From UHGV virus genome UHGV-0179428: DNA of 64,000 bases. One strand, 5' to 3'. The position numbers and the translations under genes were made by a program. Positions 55,981-64,000 of the stretch are shown here, piece by piece (position 1 is the stretch's first letter; each line of letters starts with the position of its first letter). Below the pieces are notes generated by a model. That model worked only from the letters and a program-made list of their open reading frames with translations, was not told where the DNA came from and ran no database searches. This stretch comes from a virus.

Positions 55981-57113
55981 TATTTAACCTCAATCAGTGA
56001 CAACCTGCACCATTCCAGTAACCCTTCCGCAACGCGCACTAACGAAGTAGTAAACGCATCTTCTAAACGCAGTGCGTTTTTATAACGTACGGTAGCGTCG
56101 CGTAACTCCCGCCCTTCAAGCGACTTAAGTTCCTTACGCATACGCTGAATCTCATCATAAATTCCTGTATACCCAACACTACGTCGTTTCGCACCACGCT
56201 GACGTAACGCTCGGATAATGTTTCTAACGGCGTCGAGTGCTGAACCGATTTCGTGCAAGTTCAGAGATTTAATTGTGTGGCCAAAATCGCCATCGCGGGC
56301 AATCGCCCACTCAATCTTACCGTTGTTGTGTTCAACGACCACCACGTTTCCTGGCCACGGGTATGCTTTCACCGTTTTAAACGGATCGATAATACCGAAC
56401 AGCCCTGCGCTTCGTTTAATCGCCCAGTTCGTTGACCGACCCACTTTCTCCAAACCGCTCTCGGTAACTTTCTTGCTCTTACCGATTAACGTACGTGTTT
56501 TAACGGTATACTCGTTGACCATCGCATCCATTGCACTCAGGTTCTTACTGAACTCAATACATGCTTTTACGTTAGGCTTGTCTTCTAAGCAAACTTTGGT
56601 TGTCCAACTTCCCGTGTCACAGTCAACCGGTTCTAAAGTGTCCTTGATACCGAGTAAACTTAAACGTGCTTCTAACTTCTGTAGCTTGCGCTCTAACGAC
56701 GATGCTTTGGACGTCGCTTCTTTCAGTTCATTAATAACTTCTTTACCGGCGGCTTCCGCGAAGTCGATAAACCGTAAGGCCAATTGCTTAGAATGTTTAC
56801 CTGCGAATTTTCCAGACGCTTTGGCTCCCGCCACTGCTGCTTTTCCAGCAACGCGTCCAACACCCTTAACCGCTCTGCCGGTCGCACGTGCGACCGCTTT
56901 ACCTACCCCTGCGTAAGGCTCGGTGTCCGCAACAAATTGCGCGCGTTCCATCATCGCTGCAGACTCCAACGCAACGTGGACATCATCTAAAGCCCACCGT
57001 TTTCGGATAGCGACAACCGCCGGATAGTTGTCTTTAACATTAAGCGATTCTAACGCGACCAAACGATCGTAGTCATCGCAAAGGACTTCTAAATCGGAAT
57101 CTAATGTTGACAT
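55980..57113 (-). CDS. hypothetical protein (377 aa)
   Basis: Long ORF with an Ala/Lys/Gly-rich central region. Confidence 0.65.
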   Translation of the reverse strand: MSTLDSDLEVLCDDYDRLVALESLNVKDNYPAVVAIRKRWALDDVHVALESAAMMERAQFVADTEPYAGVGKAVARATGRAVKGVGRVAGKAAVAGAKASGKFAGKHSKQLALRFIDFAEAAGKEVINELKEATSKASSLERKLQKLEARLSLLGIKDTLEPVDCDTGSWTTKVCLEDKPNVKACIEFSKNLSAMDAMVNEYTVKTRTLIGKSKKVTESGLEKVGRSTNWAIKRSAGLFGIIDPFKTVKAYPWPGNVVVVEHNNGKIEWAIARDGDFGHTIKSLNLHEIGSALDAVRNIIRALRQRGAKRRSVGYTGIYDEIQRMRKELKSLEGRELRDATVRYKNALRLEDAFTTSLVRVAEGLLEWCRLSLIEVK

Positions 57114-57163
57114 CCTTTACCCCATTTTAAGCTAAAGCGGGGAGAAGCCCGCCCTGACTAACT

Positions 57164-57712
57164 TCATAATAAGCGTAGGTCTTCTAACCACTTAGATGCA
57201 TCCGTAACATGATAATAACAAGGGATGTTCAGTGACTGTGCGTAGCGGACACCCATCGCCGTACCCCCTTTTGGATTTCCCTTTTTATCATGCTCAGCGT
57301 AATAATAGACGGCGTCTACATGATCGTCCAAAGAATCACCTGATACAATATTTAAGTTTCGTCCATGCAACACCCAAGCTATTTCCGATAGCTTATCAGG
57401 ATTAGGGTGAAGCGATGCCACAATCCCACGATAACGGACGTCTTGTGGAATAACGCGAAAATCCACATTCGGATGTAACTTACGTAACCACAACTTACGT
57501 TCGTCAGGCAAATAACAAATATGTGGTCCTGGTTCAGTACGTGCTAACATAAACTGTAATTGGTCTGGTCCTTTGTAACAACCGCCTGACCGCGTTTCGA
57601 TACTGTGCTGTTTATTACGAAGAATTTTGAACCCGCGTTGCAACACATCCAACATTTCATGCATCGTATCTTCGGGCGTTTCTCGAGAACCAATAATAGC
57701 AATTTTATACAT
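57164..57712 (-). CDS. hypothetical protein (182 aa), possibly Rossmann/SLOG-like
   Basis: N-terminal MYKIAIIGSRE resembles Rossmann-type nucleotide-binding starts; weak. Confidence 0.55.
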   Translation of the reverse strand: MYKIAIIGSRETPEDTMHEMLDVLQRGFKILRNKQHSIETRSGGCYKGPDQLQFMLARTEPGPHICYLPDERKLWLRKLHPNVDFRVIPQDVRYRGIVASLHPNPDKLSEIAWVLHGRNLNIVSGDSLDDHVDAVYYYAEHDKKGNPKGGTAMGVRYAQSLNIPCYYHVTDASKWLEDLRLL

Positions 57713-57741
57713 TTGTCACCTCCATACTGAAGTTGTGAAGT

Positions 57742-57785
57742 GAAAAAAAAGAAAGCAGGAGAGAACCTTTTCAGGGTTCTCTCCT
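57742..57785 (-). terminator. rho-independent terminator downstream of gene 57799-58437
   Basis: Hairpin AGGAGAGAACC-TTTTCA-GGGTTCTCTCCT with a T-run on the minus strand. Confidence 0.65.
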
Positions 57786-57798
57786 ATCGGTGATGTTA

Positions 57799-58437
57799 TC
57801 ACGCTTCTAAACCACTTAAAACGACGGTCTCGAGTAACGCTTTGCCCATCCAGACGTCCAACTCACCATCTAAGCCCCCTAAAGGACGTTTATTCAGTTC
57901 GTTGTTGTAATTAAGTCCGTCAAGGGTTTTATTCGTAATAATTTGCCCAATATGAAGCGGTAGAATAAATCGATTTCGTGCGCTATAAATAAACGAATCA
58001 CATTCGTAAATTACCACATAGCGCTCGAGATCCTCATCATACTCAACGTGACACTGCGAGCCCGTGTCCCACGCACGTGACAAAACCATACCACGATCCT
58101 GACACATCTTCTCTACCGACGCTTTCGCGGACTCTGCCCATTTATCGTAATTTTTCGGTTGGCCGTTTTCGAAATCGAACCAATCCAGATACTTACCGGG
58201 AATATCAAGAAAGTCGTTCAATTGAAGTTTCGTGTAAGATATCATCACCGCGTCGTTAATATCATTGCGGTTAGTTAACTTTACTCGATACCGACCTTCC
58301 GGTGTGGGTGCGCCTATTAAAGAAACATCCACTTTCTCAGCCGAAAGCTTTTTACGTACACTGCCGCTATTACAGTAACTAACGAGGTTGAGTAAGTTCT
58401 GTCTATGACCAACTTCAAAATCAATTACAAAAGACAT
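57799..58437 (-). CDS. hypothetical protein (about 212 aa)
   Basis: Start set to ATG 58437 after GGAG (MSFVIDFEV). Confidence 0.6.
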   Translation of the reverse strand: MSFVIDFEVGHRQNLLNLVSYCNSGSVRKKLSAEKVDVSLIGAPTPEGRYRVKLTNRNDINDAVMISYTKLQLNDFLDIPGKYLDWFDFENGQPKNYDKWAESAKASVEKMCQDRGMVLSRAWDTGSQCHVEYDEDLERYVVIYECDSFIYSARNRFILPLHIGQIITNKTLDGLNYNNELNKRPLGGLDGELDVWMGKALLETVVLSGLEA

Positions 58438-58460
58438 ACAAACTCCGCGGGGGTTAATCA

Positions 58461-58853
58461 CTAATACCCGTATAATGGGTACCGTGCGGTGATCTCATCA
58501 CCAACATAGAAAGTTAAACGTTGAACATTAATACTTTTATTTGCGTAGGGTACAGTTTCTAACGTTACCTTTACACTGGCAGAACAACTACCCGGATCAA
58601 CAAACTGATATGTACGCCGTTTGATGTTTACCAAATAGTAGCCGCCTGCCGGGCACAATTCGGTTTTACCGTAATTTACCGTGGCGAACTCATCGTTTTG
58701 AACTGCAACAACTGGCTGGTCGGTAGATTTAAAAACGACGGGTTTATCGCCCGGCACTGTAGGTTCAAAACGACTAATATCGTGCGGTTTAAATTCCGCG
58801 AACGCGGAAAACGAAAGTAACGTTAGAAATAGGGTAATAACAGATCGTTTCAT
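58461..58853 (-). CDS. secreted/periplasmic hypothetical protein (130 aa)
   Basis: N-terminal signal peptide MKRSVITLFLTLLSFSAFA. Confidence 0.6.
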   Translation of the reverse strand: MKRSVITLFLTLLSFSAFAEFKPHDISRFEPTVPGDKPVVFKSTDQPVVAVQNDEFATVNYGKTELCPAGGYYLVNIKRRTYQFVDPGSCSASVKVTLETVPYANKSINVQRLTFYVGDEITARYPLYGY

Positions 58854-59329
58854 CAGTCTACCTCATCAAGATGATCGCGTAGCCATGGCATCGACTCTAA
58901 GCGCGGAATCATATTCCGTGTGTTCGGCGAAAACCATAGCGCTTCACGATATTTCTTTTTGAAACGTTCCCAGTGATACGAGAAAGGTTTGGGTGTAAAA
59001 CCGCGCTCTTTTAGCACCTCCTCCCAAACCAAGTCTTTAATAAAATCGTCCACTAAAATTAATACCAACACTTTCCATTTACTGCGTCGGTAGTGCCGTG
59101 TAAAAGATTTGCGGAGATCAGAAAAGTCCTCTCGACGACGAGAACGTACTGCTGGAGTTGCCTTCTCTTTAAATTGCGAACAAGGATTATGTTGTAGTAT
59201 CGTTACAGGAACTCCCCGAACACGACCTGTACGTAAATCAACCTCGTGTGCGGGGATAACTTCAACGCAACGTAACACTTTTGCTTTATTGCCTTCCAAG
59301 CACCGCGTCTCATATTCGACACGAATCAT
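58853..59329 (-). CDS. hypothetical protein (158 aa)
   Basis: ORF, basic. Confidence 0.55.
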   Translation of the reverse strand: MIRVEYETRCLEGNKAKVLRCVEVIPAHEVDLRTGRVRGVPVTILQHNPCSQFKEKATPAVRSRRREDFSDLRKSFTRHYRRSKWKVLVLILVDDFIKDLVWEEVLKERGFTPKPFSYHWERFKKKYREALWFSPNTRNMIPRLESMPWLRDHLDEVD

Positions 59330-59348
59330 TTTGGGCTCTCAACTGTTT

Positions 59349-59825
59349 CTAATAAATCTTATCCGCAACAGAGAGAAAGATGGGGGTGTTTTCAATAAAA
59401 TCCACCAAATATCCTTCTTCCGGCGGGGCGTATGACGAATCAACGTTACTGTTCGTCATACGAAAATACCGACGGGAGTCACTGGCAATAAACCATCGGT
59501 CTATTTGGAAGCCTTTTTTGGAAAAGAAACACAGCCCGTCTATGTTTGAGGGATGGACACGACACATCACCATTTGACGATCTGAATTAAGTTGAACGTA
59601 TTTCAGTAGAAAGGAACCTACACCGCTACGACGAGAACCCTCGGCCACTACTAGATAGATAAGATTCCCCGGCTCCCAGATTGCAACCCCATGTGTAATA
59701 TCATCTTCAACGGCCAACGTGATTCTAACTGGCGTTTCCCGAATCGAATTTAAGTCTTTGACGTATTCACGTAATTCAGGAAATTTAGCGGAAATTTTGT
59801 CTTCGGTAATATCTAACTGCTGCAT
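59349..59825 (-). CDS. GNAT-like acetyltransferase (158 aa)
   Basis: VVAEGSRRSGVGSFLL resembles GNAT motif A. Confidence 0.5.
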   Translation of the reverse strand: MQQLDITEDKISAKFPELREYVKDLNSIRETPVRITLAVEDDITHGVAIWEPGNLIYLVVAEGSRRSGVGSFLLKYVQLNSDRQMVMCRVHPSNIDGLCFFSKKGFQIDRWFIASDSRRYFRMTNSNVDSSYAPPEEGYLVDFIENTPIFLSVADKIY

Positions 59826-60505
59826 TATTGTTCCCCTATCGATAAAACGTTTTTAACAAATTCATCCCACGTGGTGTTCCCACCAGAAGTAAATAAACTG
59901 CTAAGTGGAACGTTTCGATGCTGTGGAATAATCGCATCGAGTTTCGTTACTGGAACTTCGGCCCATAAAGCCCAACCATACAACCCTTCCACCGTTTTTC
60001 TCTCACCACGTAGGGATGGCACCCACCAGGTAAACTGTATAAATCTTTTGCCACGACAGATTTTAAGGCTGGTAGTAAAACCGTGGTCTAACATCCGAAC
60101 GTCATCAAACTTACAATTAATCGAGAAAAGACCATAACTGGCAAGCAATCTCCTTATCTGTAACATTAGGTCGTTTTGGTATTTGTTCAGTGTGGCAGTG
60201 TCTACAAAAACCTGTCCCTTCCCGACCCCAAACCCTTTCTTTTCTAAATGGTCCGCTATTAACGCAGACGTACTCCCCTCTACACCCGGACAATCTAGAC
60301 TGCCGGATAAAGGTACTGCACGATAATAGCGATGGAGCGTCTCTTGAAAAGCCGCCGTAACAATTTTTTCCTCTTTAACGAAATCAACAATTTCCCCATT
60401 AGAGGTGACCAACGGTCCAACCTTCAGGTCCTGAATAGGTATCAGTAACGTTCTGGTCATTAAGCGTAATGGTTCCACAATAGCACTCCTTCTTTTAAGT
60501 CTCAC
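59825..60505 (-). CDS. hypothetical protein (226 aa)
   Basis: ORF. Confidence 0.6.
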   Translation of the reverse strand: MRLKRRSAIVEPLRLMTRTLLIPIQDLKVGPLVTSNGEIVDFVKEEKIVTAAFQETLHRYYRAVPLSGSLDCPGVEGSTSALIADHLEKKGFGVGKGQVFVDTATLNKYQNDLMLQIRRLLASYGLFSINCKFDDVRMLDHGFTTSLKICRGKRFIQFTWWVPSLRGERKTVEGLYGWALWAEVPVTKLDAIIPQHRNVPLSSLFTSGGNTTWDEFVKNVLSIGEQ

Positions 60506-60519
60506 AGTATGTTTAAAAA

Positions 60520-60563
60520 TTGTAAAAATAAAAAGAAGTAACCTCTACCCGAAGGTAGAGGTT
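60520..60563 (-). terminator. rho-independent terminator downstream of gene 60568-61146
   Basis: Hairpin AACCTCTACC-CGAA-GGTAGAGGTT with a T-rich run on the minus strand. Confidence 0.6.
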
Positions 60564-60567
60564 AATG

Positions 60568-61146
60568 TTATTTCGTTGTTGGGCTTTCTGTCTTCGACTT
60601 AAGCTGGCCTGATTTCTCAAGCTTCTTCTCAACAACTTTTGTGGCTATCTCAAGAGACTTATAAGCCAACGTTTTAATCGGCCAAGTCGCAAAAACAACC
60701 AACGCAAAGAACGGTACCAACGTCACAATCAGAACATCTAAACTGTCTTCTGGAAAATGTTGATGCGTGTCGTATCCCAGGAAACCAGTTACAACAACCG
60801 TCGCTAACGTCAGAAGGGCAATAATGAACTTCTGGGGAGCAGATAATTTCGGCCATAAGGTTAGCATGGTTTCTTTGCTAATCTCATCCCCTAGAGATTC
60901 CACAGCGTCAGTTGCCTGCTGATGGAATTGTTCTGACAGTTTGCCTAAGTTATCGATTAGCGTCGGGCGTAAGTCGGAAAGAATCTTTGTTCCAGAACGG
61001 GTGACGTCAACGTCGACGTCATCCCCATACGCCGCTTTCAAGAGTTTCGTTAACTGTTCAGACTGTTCTTTACTTAACTTTCTGTTTCCAGCTTGGATCA
61101 ATAAGTCAAGTATTTCAGTGGGTAGTGCTTGTGTGCTCGGTTCCAT
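60568..61146 (-). CDS. predicted membrane protein (192 aa)
   Basis: Two hydrophobic helices (FIIALLTLATVVVTGFLGY; VLIVTLVPFFALVVFATWPI). Confidence 0.6.
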   Translation of the reverse strand: MEPSTQALPTEILDLLIQAGNRKLSKEQSEQLTKLLKAAYGDDVDVDVTRSGTKILSDLRPTLIDNLGKLSEQFHQQATDAVESLGDEISKETMLTLWPKLSAPQKFIIALLTLATVVVTGFLGYDTHQHFPEDSLDVLIVTLVPFFALVVFATWPIKTLAYKSLEIATKVVEKKLEKSGQLKSKTESPTTK

Positions 61147-61790
61147 TATCGTTTTCTCCGACGCCTTCTCCGCCTGGAGGTCTTAGTCGACTTTTGTTTA
61201 GGCGGTAGCAGGCTGTTTAAGTTTAACAGATTTACCCTGACGAAAATATTTCCCACCGCCACAGCATCAATACTGTGCTCATCTAACGTTGTAATATCAA
61301 ACAAAGCATGTTCACGGTAGAGCTTGGTCACGGCCCGAAACATATCGGTTTTATCCGTCCCCTTCGCTTCCACCCCAACGAATGATTTTACAATGATAGG
61401 ATTGAAGCCGTGTAAAATTTTCTCCGGGTAAACGTCCCACAAAGTACGTCGCAGCATTAATTGTAGTTCGACACCAGATTCATAAGCGGAGAGTTTTGCT
61501 CTCCGCATAAACGGTGTCTCTGTTGCAACGAAAGTTGGGCAGGCAATCCGAAGAAATTCACGGTAACAAGCTTCGAGCTTAACTAAACGATCGTCACGCT
61601 TACCGACACACTCTGCAAACGCATTTGGATGCGTTGGGTCTAATACATGCATGGTATCAGCCCAAACCACTTCGGCTTGATCGCTGCCGTATTCCCAATC
61701 CAATACTGCCATACCAAGATGGCTCGTACCGGGGTCTATTGCCGCGATTCTTACCATCTTATCTGGAAGTCTCGGCTCGGGTATCAACAT
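61146..61790 (-). CDS. RuvC-like Holliday junction resolvase with poly-Arg C-terminal tail
   Basis: VRIAAIDPGTSHLGMAV (RuvC-type IDPG start), FVATE, EHSIDAVAVG; C-terminal TSRRRRRRRKR; TGATG overlap with the upstream stop. Confidence 0.55.
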   Translation of the reverse strand: MLIPEPRLPDKMVRIAAIDPGTSHLGMAVLDWEYGSDQAEVVWADTMHVLDPTHPNAFAECVGKRDDRLVKLEACYREFLRIACPTFVATETPFMRRAKLSAYESGVELQLMLRRTLWDVYPEKILHGFNPIIVKSFVGVEAKGTDKTDMFRAVTKLYREHALFDITTLDEHSIDAVAVGNIFVRVNLLNLNSLLPPKQKSTKTSRRRRRRRKR

Positions 61791-62677
61791 CAGTTAGCTG
61801 TCCCCAGGAAGAACGGTGCAGGCTGCCCGATACGAATGGTCAAAGACAATTTGTCATTCGTCTGTGCCAGGTTGGTAAACATCGAAATATAGTACAACGC
61901 CTGAACACCGATCGCCTCGTTATAGCTGAATTTAGACCCAGTTGCAGAGTCCCCGGACGCGACCTGGTCTAACCCTGAGCAGAGTGCCAGTTCAGAGATA
62001 ATTGAACTACGCGGGCTACCACGCATAATGCTCGTTACGTTCATATATTCCTGAACATCAAAGTCTGTCCACGGAATAACCAGGTCAGCACCTGACTCCA
62101 CATAACGGCCATCTGGGATTGCAACGGTACCATCGTCGTCGTAATCGTAGTCCGGCAATACTTTCGGTACGGGGTTTAATTCCGTGTCTGTGTACACAAA
62201 GTCTTCGACGGTCTCAACACCGTTCTCACGCCTGATATCGTAATCGGTGGTTTTTACAGCGCGCATGTCGATGCGTTTTAAATAATACGCCCAGTATTCG
62301 CGTTTGTTAAACGTTTCCAAAGTACGAAAAGCGTAGTTCTTACGTTGTTCGTCAGACAGATCATTGTCTTTTGTACGCAGGACAAACGGAACGCGGGAAA
62401 ACATCCCGGAAGCAATAGGTTCTTTACCTACAGGCACAACGTCAGCCACCACATCAGAGGTGTCGACCATATGGCCACGGTTACCAATTGCCATGTACTG
62501 CAAATGAGGACGCGCTTTACCGTCCGGCACTGGTGTTTGCATGAGTTTATAGAACTCATTCAGTGTGGATTTTTGCGGGTATTGCACGTCAGCACCGGTA
62601 ATTAATGCGGTAGCCAAACGCATCGCATTAAGCGTTACCGTCGAGAGTTTACCGTCGTAAACTTTGACATTAGACAT
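61790..62677 (-). CDS. hypothetical protein (295 aa)
   Basis: Long ORF. Confidence 0.65.
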   Translation of the reverse strand: MSNVKVYDGKLSTVTLNAMRLATALITGADVQYPQKSTLNEFYKLMQTPVPDGKARPHLQYMAIGNRGHMVDTSDVVADVVPVGKEPIASGMFSRVPFVLRTKDNDLSDEQRKNYAFRTLETFNKREYWAYYLKRIDMRAVKTTDYDIRRENGVETVEDFVYTDTELNPVPKVLPDYDYDDDGTVAIPDGRYVESGADLVIPWTDFDVQEYMNVTSIMRGSPRSSIISELALCSGLDQVASGDSATGSKFSYNEAIGVQALYYISMFTNLAQTNDKLSLTIRIGQPAPFFLGTAN

Positions 62678-63197
62678 TGATTAATTCTCCTGGGCGGAAC
62701 CCATCCAACGCCAATTTCGTCACAAGAGACGCCAATTTGCGTGGGGTGGAATCAGTAAATACGACCGGAATCGTTCCTTTAAAAGACAAATGATTCGGGA
62801 CGAGACGAACATCATAAGAATCCAGCTCCTCTGAAATCGGCTCAATCATAATGTCGTCGGCACGCAGGTCAATCCCTGTTTGCGCAACGATATAATCAGC
62901 CAACTCCTCGCTGGACGTTACTGCGCCTTTCGGTACACTCACCGGTTCATCGGCCAGGAACGTTGCCAAATCAACGCGAGTTAAAATGAATTCCTGGTTT
63001 CCGACAACGCCGTTACGGAAGACGGCAGCAACCTTTGATTCTAGTCCGTAACGTTGACGTTCTGCTAAAGTTAGTGGTTGAACGCCGTTTGCGTTAAACT
63101 CGATGTTATCAGCAGTATAGGATAGACTAAATACGTAGTTAATCCGGTCTACTAAAATTTGTTTAGGTGCTTTCGTTAAATCGACACGATATGCCAT
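62670..63197 (-). CDS. hypothetical protein (175 aa), ELDGFT-family-like C-terminus
   Basis: C-terminal LALDGFRPGEL. Confidence 0.6.
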   Translation of the reverse strand: MAYRVDLTKAPKQILVDRINYVFSLSYTADNIEFNANGVQPLTLAERQRYGLESKVAAVFRNGVVGNQEFILTRVDLATFLADEPVSVPKGAVTSSEELADYIVAQTGIDLRADDIMIEPISEELDSYDVRLVPNHLSFKGTIPVVFTDSTPRKLASLVTKLALDGFRPGELINV

Positions 63198-63204
63198 GAT
63201 TCTC

Positions 63205-64000
63205 TCACTTAGGTAGCTGGTCTAACGTAAACCCTTCGAGATCGTTAATTTTCACCTGTTCGTTTAACGCCCAGTCGTCAAGTGAAGACTTGACCTTAAC
63301 AATCCCGGTGGTCGGTTCATTAATATCCACCACGACTTGCTGATTCACTCTCACGCGGATACCCATGTAAATGTTCATCCGTAGTTTGATGTGCTGCGGC
63401 ATGGACAGCTCTTTAATCACCGGCGCTGCGGGGAGCACTTTGTCCGTCGTCATGTATTGGTGTCGCGTAACTGACTGTACGCCTAAGAGAGGTTCAATGA
63501 TGGTAACTGTACCCTCCCCACTCATAGGGATATCCCCTAAGATTGGACAAAGCGGGTCCATAACGTCGTAAGAATCTGACCCCATTCGCGCAGCAAAATG
63601 TACGGTATACGACGAAAGCTTGGTCATCAATCGAACCATCGCGCGTTGTATTTCAGATTGCGAAATGGTTGCACGCGTTTCAAGGTTTGTTGCGGTGTTC
63701 AATGCATCGACTGCAATATCTTGCCACGTCTCTGCAGAGACCAACGTATAGTCTAGCCCAAAGGTCTTAAAGAACTCGTCGTAGTTACGATACTTTAACT
63801 TTAAATCACAGCGATAATCACGATAATGGTAATCGAACAGCATTAAGCCCGCGGCACGATCGGGAATCTTACGGCGGTTTTGGCTGTAACGCCAACGGCG
63901 TCGCTTCTGTAAGATAATTTCATTAATCGTATCGTAAAGTTCGTCGGCACTGAGAATGGTCCCGACTACCTCGCTGTGGGTGTCGGTGTAGTAGTTAATC
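63205..64000 (-). CDS. hypothetical protein, possibly 5'-truncated by the window edge
   Basis: Track ORF 63205-63843 begins at an ATG without a good RBS; the same frame stays open to position 64000 while both other frames contain stops, so the gene may start beyond the window. C-terminus ends NDLEGFTLDQLPK. Confidence 0.5.
   Translation of the reverse strand, partial: INYYTDTHSEVVGTILSADELYDTINEIILQKRRRWRYSQNRRKIPDRAAGLMLFDYHYRDYRCDLKLKYRNYDEFFKTFGLDYTLVSAETWQDIAVDALNTATNLETRATISQSEIQRAMVRLMTKLSSYTVHFAARMGSDSYDVMDPLCPILGDIPMSGEGTVTIIEPLLGVQSVTRHQYMTTDKVLPAAPVIKELSMPQHIKLRMNIYMGIRVRVNQQVVVDINEPTTGIVKVKSSLDDWALNEQVKINDLEGFTLDQLPK

Noticed and set aside
1-64000. T4-type late promoters (TATAAATA) upstream of structural genes
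   Set aside because: Despite the gp38-like adhesin, I found no convincing TATAAATA boxes at gene starts; the recurrent elements are the ATATATTAC/hairpin modules instead.
1-64000. tRNA genes, CRISPR arrays, integrase or transposase, prophage attachment sites
   Set aside because: Intergenic regions are short and filled with terminators or promoter motifs; no cloverleaf-sized non-coding gaps, no repeat-spacer arrays and no recombinase motifs were seen.

Overview
This window looks like part of a large virulent tailed-phage genome: densely packed genes, strong Shine-Dalgarno sites, many hairpin/T-run terminators, and no tRNA, CRISPR, integrase or transposase. Positions 1262-21851 are a plus-strand late/structural block: three giant tail-fibre proteins and a coiled-coil fibre protein, all sharing an N-terminal module, followed by the most unusual locus in the window. 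That locus encodes three paralogous cysteine-rich peptides (conserved N-terminus, invariant DCGGSCSW(T/S)CS junction, variable C-x3-C repeat cores), an unknown 296-aa protein and two radical SAM enzymes, the second with a SPASM-type cysteine cluster. I read it as a candidate phage-encoded RiPP-like or radical-SAM-matured adhesin system. A bidirectional terminator near 21875-21915 separates this from a long minus-strand block (21931-64000). That block holds a lysis module (GH108 endolysin, DUF1353, M15-like peptidase, divergent lipoprotein), a 1480-aa tail fibre with a C-terminal intramolecular chaperone domain followed by two T-even gp38-like adhesins, a large paralogous family with a C-terminal ELDGFT-like motif, an orphan HslV-like peptidase, Dam methylase, thymidylate kinase, GNAT acetyltransferases, a RuvC-like resolvase and many small unknown genes. 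Recurrent promoter-like ATATATTAC boxes with conserved 5' hairpins occur upstream of several minus-strand genes. All functional calls are from reading motifs in the translations; no database search was run.
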